Shown here: in pieces, positions 62,196 through 64,000 of the stretch
How positions within the stretch are numbered: position 1 is the stretch's first letter
Layout of the letters: each line of letters opens with the position of its first letter
Source: Candidatus Eiseniibacteriota bacterium
GTDB taxonomy: Bacteria; Eisenbacteria; RBG-16-71-46
Assembly: GCA_963744995.1 (NCBI GenBank)
Contig: CAVUWA010000009.1
Location: 224,001 to 288,000, forward strand
Reading direction: 5' to 3'
DNA: 64,000 bases
Program-made: the position numbers and the translations under genes
Notes under the pieces: model-generated
What the model was told of the DNA's origin: nothing
Seen by the model: the letters and a program-made list of their open reading frames with translations, nothing else
Databases searched by the model: none

Positions 62196-62229
62196 GCGAG
62201 CCCCCGCCGCGGATGCGGCGGGGGCTCGC
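62196..62229 (+). terminator. Strong hairpin after the Omp85 fusion gene (terminator or mRNA stabiliser)
   Basis: Perfect 15-bp stem GCGAGCCCCCGCCGC-GGAT-GCGGCGGGGGCTCGC; no U tract on the plus strand. Confidence 0.5.
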
Positions 62230-62240
62230 GTGCGCGCGGC

Positions 62241-62270
62241 TTGCGGCACGTGAATCGCTCCGGCTAGATT
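62241..62270 (+). promoter_or_regulatory. Putative sigma70 promoter of pcrA/uvrD
   Basis: TTGCGG-N18-TAGATT. Confidence 0.4.
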
Positions 62271-62313
62271 GCGGCGTGGCGCGAATGGGCGCGTCACGCG
62301 GAGCCGGCGGAAC

Positions 62314-64000
62314 GTGACGTCCCGATTCGATCTCAATCCACCGCAGCGTGAAGCCGTCGAGCACGACGGCGGCCCCGTGCTCGTGGTCGCCGGCGCCGGC
62401 AGCGGCAAGACCCGCGTCCTCACCGCGCGCGTGGCACGGCTGGTCGAAGGGGGCACGCCGCCGCAGGGCATTCTCGCCTTCACCTTCACCAACCGGGCGG
62501 CGCGCGAAATGCGCGCGCGGATCGAGGCCGCGGTCGGCGGTGCGGCCGCGCGGCTCTGGGTCGGGACCTTTCACGCGACGGCGGTGCGGATCCTGCGGCG
62601 CGAGGCGCGCGAGATCGGTCTCGATCCGGGTTTCGCGATCTACGACCGCGAGGATCAGGAAGGGGTGCTCAAGGGTGTCGTCGCGCGACTCGGCCTGCCG
62701 GACGAGGTCCGGCTCGGGCAGGTGCTGTCACGCATTTCGGAGGCCAAGAACGCGCTGGTGACGCCGGCGGAGATGGCGGCCTCCGCGCTCACCCCCTGGC
62801 AGCGCCAGCTCGCCGAATGCTACCGCCTCTACGAGGCGGGGCTCGCCGCCGCGCACGCCCTCGACTTCGACGACCTGATCGCGGGAGTCGTGCGCGCGCT
62901 GGCCGCGCACGAAGCCATCGCCCGTCGCTACGGCGCGCGCTTCGAGCACGTGCTGGTGGACGAATACCAGGACACCAACCACGCCCAGTTCCGGCTGCTG
63001 CAGCAATTGACCGCAGCGCGCGGCAACCCGTTCGTGGTCGGCGACGACGACCAGTCCATCTACGGCTGGCGCGGCGCGGATCTCGCCAACGTGCTGGAGT
63101 TCGAGCGCCGCTTTCCCGGCGCACGGGTGATCCGCCTCGAGCAGAACTACCGCTCGACCGGAACCATCCTGCGTGCGGCGAACGCGGTGATCGCCCACAA
63201 CCGCGCCCGCAAGGGCAAGAACCTGTGGTCCGAACGCGGCGACGGCGTGCCGCTGACCTTCGCGCTGGCCGGCGACGAGGTCGAGGAGGCGCAGCGGATC
63301 CGCCGCTTCATCGAGCGGCGCGTGCGGAATGGAGGTCGCCGCGCCGACGTCGCGGTGCTGTACCGCACCAACGCACAGTCGCGCGCGCTGGAGACCGAAC
63401 TCAGGCGCGAACGCATTCCGTACGAGATCGTCGGCGGCGTGTCGTTCTACCAGCGGCGCGAGGTGAAGGACCTGCTGGCGTACCTGCGCCTGGTGGTGAA
63501 CCCGCTCGACACGGCGTCGTTCTGGCGGGTTTGGAACACCCCGCGCCGCGGGCTCGGCGGCGGGGCGCGCGCGCTGGTCGAAGCGCGCATGGCGGCGGCC
63601 GGCGAGGGTCCGGTGGCGGCGCTGCGCGGACTGCTCGAGACCGGCGCCCTCACGCGGCCGGCCGCGGCCGGCGCGCGCGAGCTGCTCCTCCTGCTGGAGG
63701 CCCTCGGGGCGCGCGCGGACGACCCGGCCGACGCGCTGCTGCTCGCGGTGCTGGAACGCACGAAATACCTGGAGTTCCTCGATGCCGCGCCGGGGGACAA
63801 GGCCGAGGAGCGGCGCGCGAACCTGGAGGAACTGGTCGCCGCCGGCTCGCAGTTCGCAGGGGAGGCCGGCGGCACGCTGGCCGATTTTCTGGCCGAGTCG
63901 GCGCTCACCACCGACGCCGACCGGCTCGTCGAGGACGACGACCGCGTGCTGCTGCTCACCGCGCACAACGCCAAGGGACTCGAGTTCCCCGCGGTGGTGA
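62314..64000 (+). CDS. pcrA: UvrD/PcrA SF1 DNA helicase (3' truncated; missing from the supplied ORF track because no stop lies in the window)
   Basis: Manual translation from GTG 62314: LNPPQREAV..VVAGAGSGKT, FTFTNRAAREM, VDEYQDTN, VGDDDQSIYGWRGA, LEQNYRST, LYRTNAQSR, TAHNAKGLEFP. Confidence 0.95.
   Translation, partial: MTSRFDLNPPQREAVEHDGGPVLVVAGAGSGKTRVLTARVARLVEGGTPPQGILAFTFTNRAAREMRARIEAAVGGAAARLWVGTFHATAVRILRREAREIGLDPGFAIYDREDQEGVLKGVVARLGLPDEVRLGQVLSRISEAKNALVTPAEMAASALTPWQRQLAECYRLYEAGLAAAHALDFDDLIAGVVRALAAHEAIARRYGARFEHVLVDEYQDTNHAQFRLLQQLTAARGNPFVVGDDDQSIYGWRGADLANVLEFERRFPGARVIRLEQNYRSTGTILRAANAVIAHNRARKGKNLWSERGDGVPLTFALAGDEVEEAQRIRRFIERRVRNGGRRADVAVLYRTNAQSRALETELRRERIPYEIVGGVSFYQRREVKDLLAYLRLVVNPLDTASFWRVWNTPRRGLGGGARALVEARMAAAGEGPVAALRGLLETGALTRPAAAGARELLLLLEALGARADDPADALLLAVLERTKYLEFLDAAPGDKAEERRANLEELVAAGSQFAGEAGGTLADFLAESALTTDADRLVEDDDRVLLLTAHNAKGLEFPAVV

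Overview
A very GC-rich, almost entirely plus-strand core-genome region of a diderm (LPS- and Omp85-encoding) bacterium. Gene content would fit a poorly characterised lineage such as Ca. Eisenbacteria, but this is an unverified inference. Gene order: degenerate aconitase-like gene (partial), obgE, HEAT-repeat protein, dprA, lipid A acyltransferase, thioesterase, DUF3467, GAF/histidine-kinase-like protein, tRNA-Phe, tRNA-Thr, phosphohexomutase, glmS, ridA, selD, tRNA-Sec, DUF5683, lepA-lepB-hemW-hrcA-grpE-dnaJ-rsmE, rpsU-cvpA-mutS2-dnaG-rpoD, PAS hybrid kinase (minus strand), tRNA-Ile2/Met(CAT), tRNA-Val, C4 zinc-ribbon protein, membrane patatin, RNase HI, RNase P RNA, TMTC-like GT-C/TPR protein, recJ-rel-dtd-maf, rplM-rpsI-rpsB-tsf-pyrH-frr-uppS-cdsA-dxr (frameshifted at a G8 run), four LPS-type glycosyltransferases, rseP, tamA-like, tamB-like, a metallopeptidase/beta-propeller/Omp85 fusion, and a partial pcrA/uvrD. 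I see no mobile element, prophage, CRISPR array or defence island. The best candidates for unexplained biology are: (1) two intact ORFs that look like pseudo-enzymes, an aconitase lacking Fe-S ligands and catalytic residues and a His-less kinase with a DRR-repeat tail; (2) the protease-fused Omp85 in a TAM/RseP envelope locus; (3) structural RNA genes (tRNA-Sec, RNase P RNA) overlapping protein reading frames. All family calls come from motif recognition by eye; no database search was run.
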